Assembly: GCA_951406725.2 (NCBI GenBank)
Contig: OX597832.1
Span: 23,684,001-23,748,000, forward strand
Source of the DNA: Octopus vulgaris
Taxonomy: Eukaryota
Direction: 5' to 3'
DNA: 64,000 nucleotides
Under the pieces are notes generated by a model that saw nothing but the letters and a program-made list of their open reading frames with translations, had not been told where the DNA came from and did no database searches. Positions 1 to 13,244 of the stretch are shown here, piece after piece. Every line of letters begins with the position of its first letter. The first letter of the stretch is position 1. The translations under genes and the position numbers were made by a program.

Positions 1-160
1 GAAACATATCGATTAATCATTGATCTCTGGATGCCATATCGCCCCCATTGAATGCAAAAGGGAAAGCCAACTTGAAAGAACATATCTCTCTTCAAACATA
101 CAAGAGTTATTGAACTCGGCGCTATTTCAAGAGCCCACATTAATTCATTTCTAGCCTGGG

Positions 161-647
161 TAGCTATTTACTCACAAATGAGTAAATATTTTGTTTACCG
201 TTTTCGATATCGGAGGAAGCGTTTTCGGTATCGCTCGGAATATCCGGGTTATTCGTTCCTGAGGAGACCAAATAATGTCGAAACATCGTGTCCAGCGATC
301 CACTGACGTTCAAATCGAATCTCAGTTTGTAACCCACAAGTGTCTTCGAGAAATTTTCTCTGTGACAAAATATTACAGCTAATTCTGGTCCACGTTTATA
401 TACATAGTTTTTTCACAAATCTGTAAATGTTTTGTTTACGATTTCTGTATCGAAACAAGCATTTTCAGTTTAGCTTAGAAAACCTAGAGTATTCGTCACT
501 GACGAGACTGAATTATATCGAAACAGTGTGTCCGGGCATTCTATTGACGTTCTGAGCGAAGCCGTGTGTCTTTAACACACAAATCCCTTTCAGAAGTTTT
601 TCTAAGGCAAAATATTCCAGCTAGTGCCGTATCGAGTTTGTATACAT
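161..647 (+). mobile_element. Two diverged ~240-bp tandem units, each with a minimal type I hammerhead (PLE pseudo-LTR or retrozyme-like)
   Basis: Units ~161-405 and ~406-647 align throughout (TCACAAAT..GTAAAT.TTTTGTTTAC; CAAAATATT.CAGCTA; TATACATA). Cores CTGAGGA at 259 and CTGACGA at 499 are exactly 240 bp apart, each followed by GAAAC...GTC. Confidence 0.75.
253..298 (+). ncRNA. Minimal type I hammerhead-like ribozyme
   Basis: TCGTT-C / CTGAGGA / GAC-caaataat-GTC / GAA-ACA-tcg-TGT-C / C-AGCGA; GUC triplet ends at 292. Confidence 0.65.
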
Positions 648-829
648 ATTATTAATGTTATACAAACCCTTATATAATAACTCATACACCAATCTCACAG
701 TAAAGTCGTCAGTCGTTTTTTATACTGTAGTATGTGTCTATAACTAACTAGACAGATTGAATCATCTGTCTTAAACATAAACATGGCTTATTGCTTAAGA
801 TAGGACTCGAACTGACATTTCCTGTGCTT

Positions 830-973
830 GTTTGGCAGTATATTGACCCTAATATTTATTTTTTAAACCTGGTATTTATTCTATCGGTCTCTTATGCACT
901 GCTAAGTTAGGAGAGACATAAACAAACCAACAACAACTTATAGCGGTTGGGGGACAAAGACAATCACAGAAAT

Positions 974-1010
<37 letters not shown>

Positions 1011-1297
1011 CATACATACATACAAACATACATACATACATACATACATACATACATACATACATACATACATACATACATACATACACAAACACACATA
1101 TATATAAATATGAATATACGATAGGCTTCTACGCAGTTGCCGTCTCCCAAATTTACTCACAAGGCATTCGTTGGCCAGGAGCCGACGAAGGAATTAAATG
1201 CAAGACACTTGCCCAAGGTACCACATAGTGGGATCGAACCCGAAACAACCACGATGCAAAGTGGAGTTCCATAACAACACAGCCACTTTTGCACCTG
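830..1297 (-). mobile_element. tRNA-derived SINE family A, diverged, with internal (CA)/(TACA)n
   Basis: Matches the better copies at 26558, 38503 and 50149 (CTATCGGTCTC..GCTAAGTT; AGACACTTGCCCAAGG; CACAGCCAC). Confidence 0.8.
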
Positions 1298-1335
1298 TGT
1301 TAAAAGATTAAAGGGAGATAAATTTCTGAACTTAC

Positions 1336-1662
1336 CTTAACTGGTACACAGATTAAGATAACCAGTAGATCGGCAGACGACAGGCTGAGCAGAAAGACAT
1401 TTGTAATGTTCCTCATGTGACGGTATTTCAGAATGGTAAATATAACCAGGAAATTGCCAAACAGACCGAACACGTAGACCAGTCCGTATATAAGAGAGAC
1501 AGGAATCAACTCCTTGAGTGGTAAATGGTTAACAGAAGTATTATAGTCGTAAATGTAGATGTAATCCTCACTATCATTGCTCTTATCCTCTATTTCCAGG
1601 GGTTCCGTGCTTAAGGTTGGCAACACCGAAGAGGTGGTTGTACTAACGTTTAAAAATATCAT
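1336..1662 (-). CDS. First coding exon of a class A (rhodopsin-like) neuropeptide-type GPCR: N-terminus, TM1 and TM2; the gene continues beyond the left edge of the window
   Basis: ATG at 1662 (the track start at 1707 is TTG). N-terminus has N-glycosylation sequons NVS, NDS, NTS. TM1 LIYGLVYVFGLFGNFLVI carries the GN motif, followed by MRNITNVFLLSLSSADLLVILICVP (TM2 LxxxD...P). The frame ends at a phase-0 donor AAG|GTAAGT at 1336/1335. Subfamily cannot be resolved from two helices. Confidence 0.93.
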
Positions 1663-2290
1663 ACTTTTTTCTTTAGTGAGTTTGTAGTTTCGCCCCTTTA
1701 AATCCAAACAAAGTTGCAGCTATATGAATTGTAATGGCGGTGTTGTTTTCGACGACTTTTGAGTATTTTGTTAGATACTCTGCTTAACAACGGGAAACTT
1801 TATAGTTGTGAGTTGTTAGTAGTTTTGTTTTATTTATGTTCCAACAAATTGATTTATTAACTTCACTGATTGATTTATGTGTTTAAGCATTTATTGATTG
1901 ATCGACCAATTAAAAAAAATGGTAAAAAATGAAAATATGTAAACCGAAACTTGAAAAACAAAATGACAGCCAATACTTGGGTTACTCCTTGTATACCAAC
2001 AACATCACCGCGAAATGTCTATATTTACACTTGAAACAAATTCATAATTAATAGTTGAGTGAATTATTTAATAATAACAAAAATAATATCAGAAAGAAAA
2101 ATGGTCGCAACCGAAACATTTTCTGTGACTCGATTCTATATTTGGAAGAATATGACCTCAGATTTCGTTTTTTTTTTTTTTTTTCTTTTTGGTTGGGAAG
2201 AAAAAGAGAAAAATACTGGACAAATTCTGTTTGCTTGTAATTTCTTTTCTCTTTGATTGCTGTTGATTTTTTCAGATTAATCCATGAGAT
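1663..2290 (-). other. Probable 5' UTR part of the GPCR exon
   Basis: Candidate acceptor TTTATTCCAG| on the minus strand at 2300-2291, followed by non-repetitive sequence running to the ATG. No transcript evidence. Confidence 0.45.
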
Positions 2291-2300
2291 CTGGAATAAA

Positions 2301-3405
<1,105 letters not shown>

Positions 3406-3979
3406 GACGAAATCCAAAAATGTTCCCCCCTTCACTTTTTTTTCCGTATATTTTACTCTATTTTCCATCCCTGTATTTCTTTCCACAATTCTCTCGGTCC
3501 ACACATCCTTAAGCTTTTTCGAATTACGCAACCCACTTGATTAAAGATTTTAACAAAATATCATTTATCATTTTTAAGTTGATAGGTTTCACAAGAAATA
3601 GGACTTTTACTTCAGCTTATATTTATAGATTATATTATTTTCTTTCATTTTTTGGTTTATATTTTAAATTTATTGTTCACTTCATTCTTTATTTCCGAAA
3701 AATGCAATGTTTCATAATGCTTATGGTACAAAAGAAATACGACATTCCAGTTTGAAAAGAGCAGGAAAAAAAGATTTAAAGAGGGAAAGAAACAGTAGAA
3801 TGGTAAATGGATATATATGTATATATGGATATGTGTGTGTGAATGTATGTGTACGAATGTATGTATGCATATGTGTATGTATGTATTGATAGATACATAG
3901 ATGTAGATATATCTGTGTATGTGTATACATATCTATATACATATATATATACATCTATGTATAAATGTATGTATAAATG

Positions 3980-4028
<49 letters not shown>

Positions 4029-4219
4029 TGTAGATATGGATGTCTGTGTATGCGTACACGCAAACATACACACATTTGTGAATACTTGATATACTAGGTG
4101 ATAAAATATATGCGTATATATGTACATATGTATGTATATTCATATGCATATATGTTTGTATATGTTTATATACAAATATATATATACATATATGTATATA
4201 TATATATTTATATATATAT

Positions 4220-4269
<50 letters not shown>

Positions 4270-4471
4270 GCACACATTTTTCTCCCCCTTTTCTTTCTCC
4301 TTCTTTTATTCTTTCTTTCTTTCTTTCTCTCATTCGTTCTCTCGCTACTTTTTGAATATATGCGAAAATGCATGTATATATATATACATGTGTGTATGTT
4401 TGTGCGTGCGCCTGTGTGTGTATCTGCGCGTGTGTGCGTCCATGCGTGTGTGTCTGCGTGCTTGCATGCAT

Positions 4472-4568
<97 letters not shown>

Positions 4569-4904
4569 CGTAAGAATTGTATTCGATAAAATCTGGATGC
4601 TTCATTCTCTGAACGAACGTTGATGACTTGAAGAGTTTAGGTATATTTTCCTTAGTCACACATTCCTATATAACACACTCACGCATACATATTCTCTCTC
4701 TCCCTCCATCTCTCTCTCTCTCTATCTCTCTCTCCCTCCCTCTCTCTCCCTTCTCTCTCTCTCTCTCTTCCTCTCTCTCTCTCTCTCTTAATATAATTCG
4801 CTTCTTCAGAGATTGAGCTGAGGCGATGGAAATTATGTAATTTTACAATTGTATGTACGCATGCGTGTATGCTCTGTTTCCGTTTCTTGAACGTGTTTAT
4901 TTAC

Positions 4905-5127
4905 TTATTTATTGCCCTCAAGGGGCTACACACAGAGAGGACAAACAAGTAGAGGCAAATGAATTAAGTCGATTATATCGACCCCAGTGCGTAACTGGTA
5001 CTTATTTAATCGACCTCGAAAAGATGAAAGGCAAAGTTGATCTCGGCGGAATTTGAACTCAGAATGCAACGGCAGACGAAATACCTATTTCTTTACTACC
5101 CACAAGGGCTAAACACAAAGAGGACAA

Positions 5128-5128
<1 letters not shown>
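4905..5128 (-). mobile_element. SINE family B (Meta-domain-like), truncated, joined to a second tail
   Basis: GACCCCAGTGCGTAACTGGTACTTATTTAATCGACC..GAAAGGCAAAG..CTCGGCGGAATTTGAACTCAGAA is shared with many copies in the window. Confidence 0.85.
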
Positions 5129-5193
<65 letters not shown>

Positions 5194-5236
5194 ATGTATG
5201 TGTGTGTGTGTGTTATAATCTTTGCAAATGTTAGAT

Positions 5237-5925
5237 TGTTATAACGCCCACTTCGGTATACAGTAGACTTAGTAAAACCAGTGTAGACACGGGTTTCGCT
5301 GACCGCCTACTACGTACTCTCTCGTATAGTCTCGTACTCTCCTATTTGTTGTGAGAACTCATACCACTTGTCACGTGCAAGGGGTGTACCATTATGAAAA
5401 TTCCGTAAAACATCTCCCCTTTTAATTTTTTGTTATGAAGTGTCATTCTATTTAGCAGTAATTTTTTTATTCACTCCACCTCCCTTTTTCTAGTTTTTTT
5501 TCCGTACAATTTAATACATTTTTGCGCTTGGCATCTATTTTCAGGAACTCTGTACGTTCTCTTTTCCTGTCACTTCTATACCTGGATTCAATCACCTGCA
5601 GAGGCATTGGTACTTGGAACTTATTGTATTCCATTGGTTCCTCAACGTCTTTGGTTCGCTTTCCAATAATTTTTTTCAATTGATTCTTGTATCTCTTTTG
5701 TATGCTTTTTCTACATTTTACCCAACACATCATATTACCTATGAGTTTAGTAATTACGCCATTTTCCCAACTCTGCTTTCCCTTCTTGTATGTCCTCAAA
5801 TACACCTTTTCACCAACTTTAAAGAATCTTGCTATGCATTCCCAGGCATTTTTTTCTTTTCTTGCTTTCTATTAGAGTCACGAAAATAATCGGAAATTAC
5901 CACGTGCTTTTTTCAGAAAAAAAGG
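5237..5925 (-). mobile_element. Gypsy-type LTR retrotransposon 3' remnant: integrase C-terminal region, polypurine tract and 3' LTR
   Basis: Minus-strand peptide VYLRTYKKGKQSWENGVITKLIGNMMCWVK..KRYKNQLKK resembles the post-integrase region of invertebrate Gypsy pol. Polypurine tract AAAAGGGGAGA (5423-5413) directly precedes a TGT...ACA-bounded 176-bp segment (5412-5237). Confidence 0.7.
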
Positions 5926-6187
5926 AAAATAAACTATGAATGTTTATGAATGTTAAATTTATTTTATTAATAGCTCTTTTTTCTCTCTACATATTCCATT
6001 TTAGTACGTATTTTTGATAAGGTGTTTCAAAAACCGAAACATTCTTCTTTTAATGTATTCATTTAAATAAAAATTAAAATGTACCTAATTTTAAGAAAGT
6101 AGCATTTTCTTTTTCATAAATATCTACTTACTCGTGTGTTACCTCGACACATTTTTTAAATATATGTATATATGTATATACATGTAT

Positions 6188-6235
<48 letters not shown>

Positions 6236-7954
6236 ATATATTTTCATGTATATATATATATACATATATACACACATATATGTGCATATATATATATATA
6301 TCGGACTTATTTCAGTTTCCGTCGACGAAATTCGCTCACAAGGCATTGGTTCCCTCTGGAGCTAATGCAGAATGCAGAAGACAATTGCCTTCAGGCAATT
6401 GTTTTCTGCATTCCTTCAACAATCTAATCCCTTCAACAGCCGCCAACCGAAAATTACTGCAATTTTGACACTCTCTTGTAATACACACTATCACACTGAG
6501 TGACTGCGTTTGGGCATTGAAATAAACCGACAAGCAAACGTTAGCAGAATTCTCAGTCACTTGCAGTCAATAAAGGAAACGGTACCGTTGTGTGAACAAC
6601 TGGAATATTTAGTCGTCAAAACCTCTGTCAAATACATCATCGGAGAAAATGACACCAGAATTTCGTCCATATTAATATAACTTTCTCTCTCACTCCCTCT
6701 CTCTCTTTCTCTCTCACTCTCTTTCTCTTCCTCAAACCCACACACATACACATACGCACATCGTTACAAACAGGAAAAGTTAATCCAAACATTGAAATGC
6801 TGTGTCAATTTCTCATTGCAGATGAAATTAATGTTATAAACATGTTTCTTCCGCGCCTCTTCTTCAATGAATGAATCAGTCATTTGCAAACAGCTCAGAT
6901 AAATGAAGTTACATGATGAAGAAACATACACTGCAATTCTTCCTTGCTTCTTCCTTCCACCGATTGAATTAGCTAATCCCGAGTGAATCAGCTCTATGCA
7001 GATTATAATGATATGCTCTCTTTCAACACAGAATTTTCTAATGAAGTTACATCCTATAATTAATCCAACTTTGAATCCAGAGACAACATTCTTGTAGCTT
7101 TGAGCTGAGATTTATGAGGTACAGAGAAAGGGAGAGAGACAATGGGAGATAAGGGGAGAGGGAGAGAAAAGGACAATGATAAAAGGGGACAATAAGAGAG
7201 ATGAACTGTGAGAAGGACAATGAGTAGGAAAGATAATGAGTGAGACAGAGACTGTGAGGGAGAGAATCACAAAGAAAGTGAGAGGTCTAAAGAATGTAAG
7301 AGACAATGGGAGAGACAGATAGAGAGAGAAAGGGAGAAAGTGAACGAAAGAAGAAAGTAAGTGAGAGGGACAGTGAGATAGAAGGAAAACGGGACAGAGA
7401 GAGAACTGAGAAAGAGAGAGAGGAGCAATGAGAGAGATAGTATGAGAATAATAAAAGGGAATGTAAATGTGCTTGAGAGAAAGAGAGATAAAGAGAGAGA
7501 TGAGTTAGTGAGCGACTGAGAAACATTATAAGGAAAAGAAAGAAAACGTGAGAGAAAAGTTTCATACGAATCCAACAATTTCTGAAACCAAACTCGAGGA
7601 CAAAACCCAACCATGGGTTTACCTTTATACATTAAAGCGATCTTTTGTATGTATTCACTTAACTTTTCTTTGATATTTCTAGTATGAATGCTCTCACTTA
7701 GGCTACGAATGCTCTGATGATGTAAGAATTAAGACTTCTAAGTCTTTATCCTCGTTTCTTTTACATGGCAAATCATGTGAGATTTACGCCTAAACGAACT
7801 TGATTTTACAAGGCTCCCAGTTGGACAATAATAGAAATCAGTTGAAGGTCTCAAGTACGCTAGCATCTAAATGTGGAGACCAGAAACTTCCTAACCTGCA
7901 TGGTTTCATCAATCCTGTAAAATCACGATGATACGTCTATTGTCCAGACTTCAT

Positions 7955-8245
7955 CCTACGTAGATAGACAAGGGTTCCGATTGATCCGATCGGCGGAACA
8001 GCTTGTTCGTGAAATTACCGAGCACTCCACAGACACGTGTACACTTAATATAGTTCTCAGAGAGATCCAGTGTGACACAGAATGTGACAAGGCTGGCCCT
8101 TTTGAAATACAGGTACTACTCATTTTCACAAGCTGGAGCAACATGACATAAAATATCTTGCTCAAGGACACAGTGCGCCGCTAGGAATTGAACTCACGAC
8201 TTTACGATCGTGAGCCGAATACCCTAACCACTAAGCGACGCACCC
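7955..8245 (-). mobile_element. tRNA-derived CORE-like SINE (family C)
   Basis: Head CTTAGTGGTTAGGG..GAGTTCAATTCC, then TGTCCTTGAGCAAGA..GTTGCTCCAG; tail similar to 43103-43335. Confidence 0.75.
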
Positions 8246-8388
8246 TCACAATACAAGTATACATATACACATACATACATGCATACATACCTACATACAT
8301 ATATATATACATATATATATATATGTACATACATGCATACATACATATATATACATATATATACATGCATACATACATACATGCATAC

Positions 8389-8459
<71 letters not shown>

Positions 8460-8769
8460 TATATACATATACATATATATGTACATACATGCATACATAC
8501 ATTCATGCATGCCAAACCCAAACTAAGTAACGTGAGGAGCTAAATCAACAAAACCTCCCGCTTCGTATTGCGTCCTACTTCTGTTCGTTTGTTCACTCTA
8601 CTCGCATGCGTGTGCGCGCGCCCGAATGTGTTTTACTTTTGTCTTTCTACTTGGAGGTCAGTGTAGGTTTGCTTACGGCCTCGTAACCGGGTGATTCGGT
8701 AAAGAAATGACTAATGTAATAAGCAGTGGACTTAAATTTTGATTGACTTATTAAAAAACAATTAATAAA

Positions 8770-9006
8770 TGCGCCCTTTTAAAACCTATCCAGATACATG
8801 GGCCCGGTTTCCTGGTTTCAATGGCGTATGTGTTCCCCACCTGGACGGGACGCCAGTCCATCGCAGCGTTACTCATTTTTGCCAGCTGAGTGAACTGGAG
8901 CAACGTGAAATGAAGTGCTTTGCTCAAGAACACAACGCGTCGCCCGGTCCAGGAATCGGAACCACAATCCTACGATCATGATGTTGACACACTAAGCCAC
9001 GCGCCT
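8770..9006 (-). mobile_element. tRNA-derived CORE-like SINE with a different tail
   Basis: GAGGCGCGTGGCTTAGTG head and TGTGTTCTTGAGCAAAGCACTTCATTTCACGTTGCTCCAGTTCACTCAGCTGGCAAAAATGAGT core. Confidence 0.75.
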
Positions 9007-9368
9007 CGACTGATTGACTTATAGGATAAAAAAATAACATTCAATGTAGTACTCCAGCGTGGCCACAATCCAACGACTACAATTAAAATAATAATAGAAT
9101 AAACGAGAAATATTATATAATTATGCAATTCACTGTTTACTCAACTGTCAGATTAATTTAATAACTTAATTACCAATTTATTTTATTTTCCATGTAGTTA
9201 ATCATTAATTAAATCACACGTGCAATCAATTATTTATTCAATCAATATACCCCATCATCATCTTTTCCGAAACGCACGGAGTTCACCCTACCGTCGCCCC
9301 TTCTGCAAGTAACTCACACAGCTATGCATCACTACATGTGTCAGACAGACACCACGTATAGCAACGCA

Positions 9369-9972
9369 TTGCCTCCGCCTTAGTGAAAGCGGAGGTATGA
9401 TTTTTCAGTCGTGTTTGCTTGTTTGTTTGTTTGTCTGTGGACAAGATATCTCAAGAACCGCTGGATGGATTCGGATGAAACTTTCAATGATGTTTGGCCT
9501 CAAGACTGGCACTAATTGATTAGATTTGGGGATATATTTCTTTTATTACCCACAAGGGGCTAGATACAGAATGATTCAATTACAAAACAAACATATACAA
9601 AGACAAACTCGGAGAACTTAAAAATACAAAAAAATATGAAATAAAAATAGAAAAAATTTAAAGAAACGAATGGTAATATAAAAAGAGTATAGAATGAGGC
9701 GCACAATGCCCACTCGATCCCCGAAATCGAGTGGTTCGAACTGATTAGATCTGAGGATCGATCCGGTACCGGACAAGGAATCTGAATTATTTTTCCGGGG
9801 TTTTTTTAAATTAATTTTTGAGAGCGGTCGAGATCATGTTTATTCTTGTTTGTGAGAGCAGTTGAGTTTATTTCAGATATTCTCCTTTTAAAAATCATCT
9901 CTGGCTAATCGTTGAGAGAATATTGGTGTTGCCTCGGTGGAGGTCTAGGCTCTCTGGGTGCCCTTATTGTAT
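9369..9972 (+). mobile_element. Helentron-associated (HINE/DINE-1-like) non-autonomous element, interrupted by a retro-insertion
   Basis: 5' CCTCCGC..GCGGAGG hairpin, then (GTTT)n/GTCT and GATATCTCAAGAACCGCTGGATGGATT..GATGAAACTT; 3' subterminal GGTGGAGG followed by a short stem and a T-run. Confidence 0.7.
9534..9741 (-). mobile_element. 5'-truncated non-LTR 3' end sharing its terminus with SINE family B
   Basis: Flanked by a 17-bp duplication, TGATTAGATTTGGGGAT (9517-9533) and TGATTAGATCTGAGGAT (9742-9758); ends in TAGCCCCTTGTGGGTAATAAAAGAAATAT. Confidence 0.7.
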
Positions 9973-10399
9973 TTTTTATTTATCTTATTTTATTTTATTT
10001 CTCATTTATTTCAAAAATTTGATATCAATTTAATTATTCATATAATTATTTATACTTCTGATCAGTTCCTTTCCTATAATTTTCATAGTAATCGAGAAAT
10101 AATTTCTTCTCTGGATCCAGCGCTTATAAAGATTTTTGTTGAATCACGTCGCATTTCATGCATTAATATCAAGGAAATTTGTTGAACCAGTGGAACGGGA
10201 CTGAACCAGAAACCACGTGATTGCAAAATGAACAACATCAGCATCGGCAGGCTTAATATCACCAACACATGCACCATCAGCAACACCAGCGGTACCGACA
10301 ACAGCAACAACATCTACAACCACAACAGCAGCAACAACAATAGCACCGACAGCAGCAGCGGTAGCAGCAACTACAACAGCAATAGTAGGCACGACACTG

Positions 10400-11290
10400 A
10401 CTCCATACATCCAAGGAAATACATTGGATGCGCGGGAACTTTGTTTAAGAAACCTCTTTCCAGCCATATATCCTCCTTCAGGGTCCCAGAAAGGCGATAT
10501 GTAATATCGCTGGCCAGCCATATCTGACAATTAAAGGAAGATTGAATTCCATACACGATATTATCCGGGTCCGTACATAATTGGAACGAAACGCTGCAAT
10601 CTATGCGTAGCCGAACGCATGGAAATTCTGAAAAACTCGTACGTACCAGGGACCATACTGAACTCCAGAACGGAGATTTTCGAGCCATGCTTGCATTCAG
10701 GAGATTCCTGTTAGCGTTTTCGGAGCTGCTTAATAGCGATAATAGCGGTATTGGGTGGCGTGACTGAAAAAGGACGACACAACCGGAAACCGAAGACCAG
10801 CATAAAAGTGAGATAATCCACTTTGTTTATATCTGTATCAATTCCCCCTCCATATTTTAAAGAGGCCATAGGCCATCAGGTCTTAGGGTCTGAAGATACG
10901 CCACAAAGGTACCGTTGAGGGCGAAAAACCCAGGGTAACCCTATAAACCGGCCTTCACCAGTAATTAATATATGTGTGTGTGAACATAATGTCGTGCGTT
11001 CGACCGGTAGATAATACATCCGAGTGCAACTGCAACGCTGTTTATTCGTTCGTTTTTGGCGACCGAGCGTCAATGTCTGCAAAGGATCGAACACGCACAG
11101 CCTGCTGTCAGAGTGACGGAGACATAAGACCATAGGTGTGTGGTTTCAGAGAGATTCAAATCCGCGAACCGAACGTTTGTTGAAGATCGAGAAAGCCAGA
11201 TAGAAAACGATCTATTCAATTCACTCCTGTTATTTATCATCTCTCTAATGCAGTATATATCTCGGTAGATCCAGCTAAGAAGTTTAATAA
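10400..11290 (+). mobile_element. Penelope-like element 3' remnant: GIY-YIG endonuclease pseudogene plus 3' UTR with hammerhead
   Basis: KYIGCAGTLFKKPLSSHISSFR..LASHI*QLKED then, after a frameshift, PYIIGTKRCNLCVAERMEIL..ILNSRTEIFEPCLH. Hammerhead-like motif at 10884. Right boundary uncertain. Confidence 0.8.
10884..10943 (+). ncRNA. Type I hammerhead-like ribozyme
   Basis: TAGGGT / CTGAAGA / (C)GCC...GGC(G) / GAAAAA-CCC-a-GGG-TA / ACCCTA; 6-bp stem I, GUA triplet, two extra As near the core. Confidence 0.6.
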
Positions 11291-11613
11291 AAAAAATAAA
11301 AAAACCAATTACACAATGAAAACTAAAAACATACAAACACAGGAAGTGTTCAGTGCCCCAACATGTAAACCTCAATATGATAAATACATATAATGATGTA
11401 CGTTGTTTATCAAAACTGTCAAAGTAAGTCAAGAAAATAGCGCCTCTTCAATCAATGCTAACTCGTTGTTTGCATGTAAATACAAACAGGGTGAAATCTC
11501 TGGTTGGATTTCAATGTCCGGTCTCTTTTCCCTATCATCAGACTGTCATAACGTTCTTTCTCTTTCTTCACTCTTTTTGTTTGTTTCTTTCTTTGTCTTC
11601 TCTCGTCATGTAC

Positions 11614-11657
<44 letters not shown>

Positions 11658-11664
11658 GTACATG

Positions 11665-11695
<31 letters not shown>

Positions 11696-11712
11696 ACATA
11701 TATATGTACATG

Positions 11713-11783
<71 letters not shown>

Positions 11784-12090
11784 ATGTATGTATGTATGTA
11801 TGTATGTATTATGTATGTATGTATGTGTATGTGACTGCATACATATGTGTGAACTATTTTTCTTTAAGATTTGTCTTTGTTGTATATATGTGTCTGTTTG
11901 TGTGGCCATATACACGTTTCTGTATGAGTATGTCCTGTGTTAATACACATAATACATTTACATTTGCTTATATATCTACATGGATATGTGTGTGTGTGTG
12001 TGTGTGTGTGCATGTATGCGTGTGTATATATATATATATAAACATATATATACATATATATATACACACATATATATATATATACATATA

Positions 12091-12320
12091 TATACTTTAT
12101 TTAAAGCAGCAGGAAATTCAACAAAACCTGTTACTCTGAGTTTCACGTTCCCGTTCGTCGGACAGTTCCTAGCAAAAACTGTCCGACGAACGGCAACGTG
12201 AAACTCGGAGTAACAGATTTTGTTGAATTTTCTGCTGCTTTAAATAAAGCATATTACTCTACCACTGGTATTTGAGTACTCTTTTTTCCACCTTGTTTCA
12301 CATTTATGTGTTTACTCCGG
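12091..12320 (+). mobile_element. Non-coding PLE-type unit in (TA)n with a 77-bp fold-back and a hammerhead on both strands
   Basis: Arms 12091-12167 and 12177-12253 with few mismatches. Motif CTGT/CCGACGA/ACG-gcaa-CGT/GAA-ACTC-g-GAGT-A/ACAG at 12179-12216, mirrored at 12128-12165. Confidence 0.8.
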
Positions 12321-12789
12321 TATACATATATATATGTATATATATATATACATATATCGGTGTGCTCTTTTTGTTTAGGTTGGTCTCAGTATGGGGGAGT
12401 TAGGGGTGTGTGCATATATTTATGCTTATTATCGTGTCTCTTAAATATATATGCGTTTGTATATTCGTATGTATTTGTACAAATATGCAAGTGTATGTGT
12501 GTGCATGTATGTATGCATATATGTACGTATGTATGTGTGTATGTGTGTATGTGTGTGTGCGCATTTTCGTTTATATTTTTGTTTCTAAGTGTGTGCCAGT
12601 GTATGCTTATGTTCTTACATGCGTGTATGTCTCTCTTAAATGTATGTGTTTATGTGTATTAGTGTATACGTACGTATATAAATATATAAATATATGTATA
12701 CGCTTAAATATGACTGTACGTAGACATACATACACACATACATATAGACACACACACACATACAGACATGACACAATATTTACATGTAT

Positions 12790-12940
12790 ATATACGACGG
12801 GCTTCTGCACAATTTCCGTCTAACAAATTCATTCACAAGGCATTGGTCATCTCGGGATGCAGTAGAAGACAGTTACACAAGTTGACACGTAGTGGGACCG
12901 AACCTGAAACCGTGTTGTTGCAAAATGAGTTCCTTAACTG
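12790..12940 (-). mobile_element. SINE family A 5' half
   Basis: ATACGACGGGCTTCT..CACAAGGCATTGG..GTGGGACCGAACC. Confidence 0.8.
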
Positions 12941-13244
12941 AAACACACATACATACACACACATTCACGTACACATCCCAAGAAAAAACACAGATATAAT
13001 ACCAAGAACATTCTCAAAATCCTGATTCGATGTAGAGTCACAAAGTTCCCACAGCTGTGTTACATTTCGGGAACATATTTTAGCGATTGCGTTAAAGGAG
13101 ATAGAAACTCAGAGCACAGAAGAAAGAAGCACTATATTTCTAGGGATTCACACCAGCCTTCATAATCAGAAAGCTGCCCCCGTTACTTAAATAGTAAGAA
13201 CAAATCGTCTGGCACTCATGGCAACGGATTGGATCCTGGACCTA

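Noticed and set aside
1300-1707. GPCR ORF limits as given in the track (135 aa)
   Set aside because: The start is TTG and the last 11 residues are intron read-through past GTAAGT; the supported exon CDS is 1662-1336.
11105-11157. SECIS-like GTGA...AA...GA hairpin downstream of the PLE GIY-YIG, with in-frame TGA codons upstream
   Set aside because: Only 9 nt separate UGA and AA (11-12 expected), helix I is weak, and the TGAs fall at Trp or other non-Cys positions. A SECISearch run on the family consensus would settle it.
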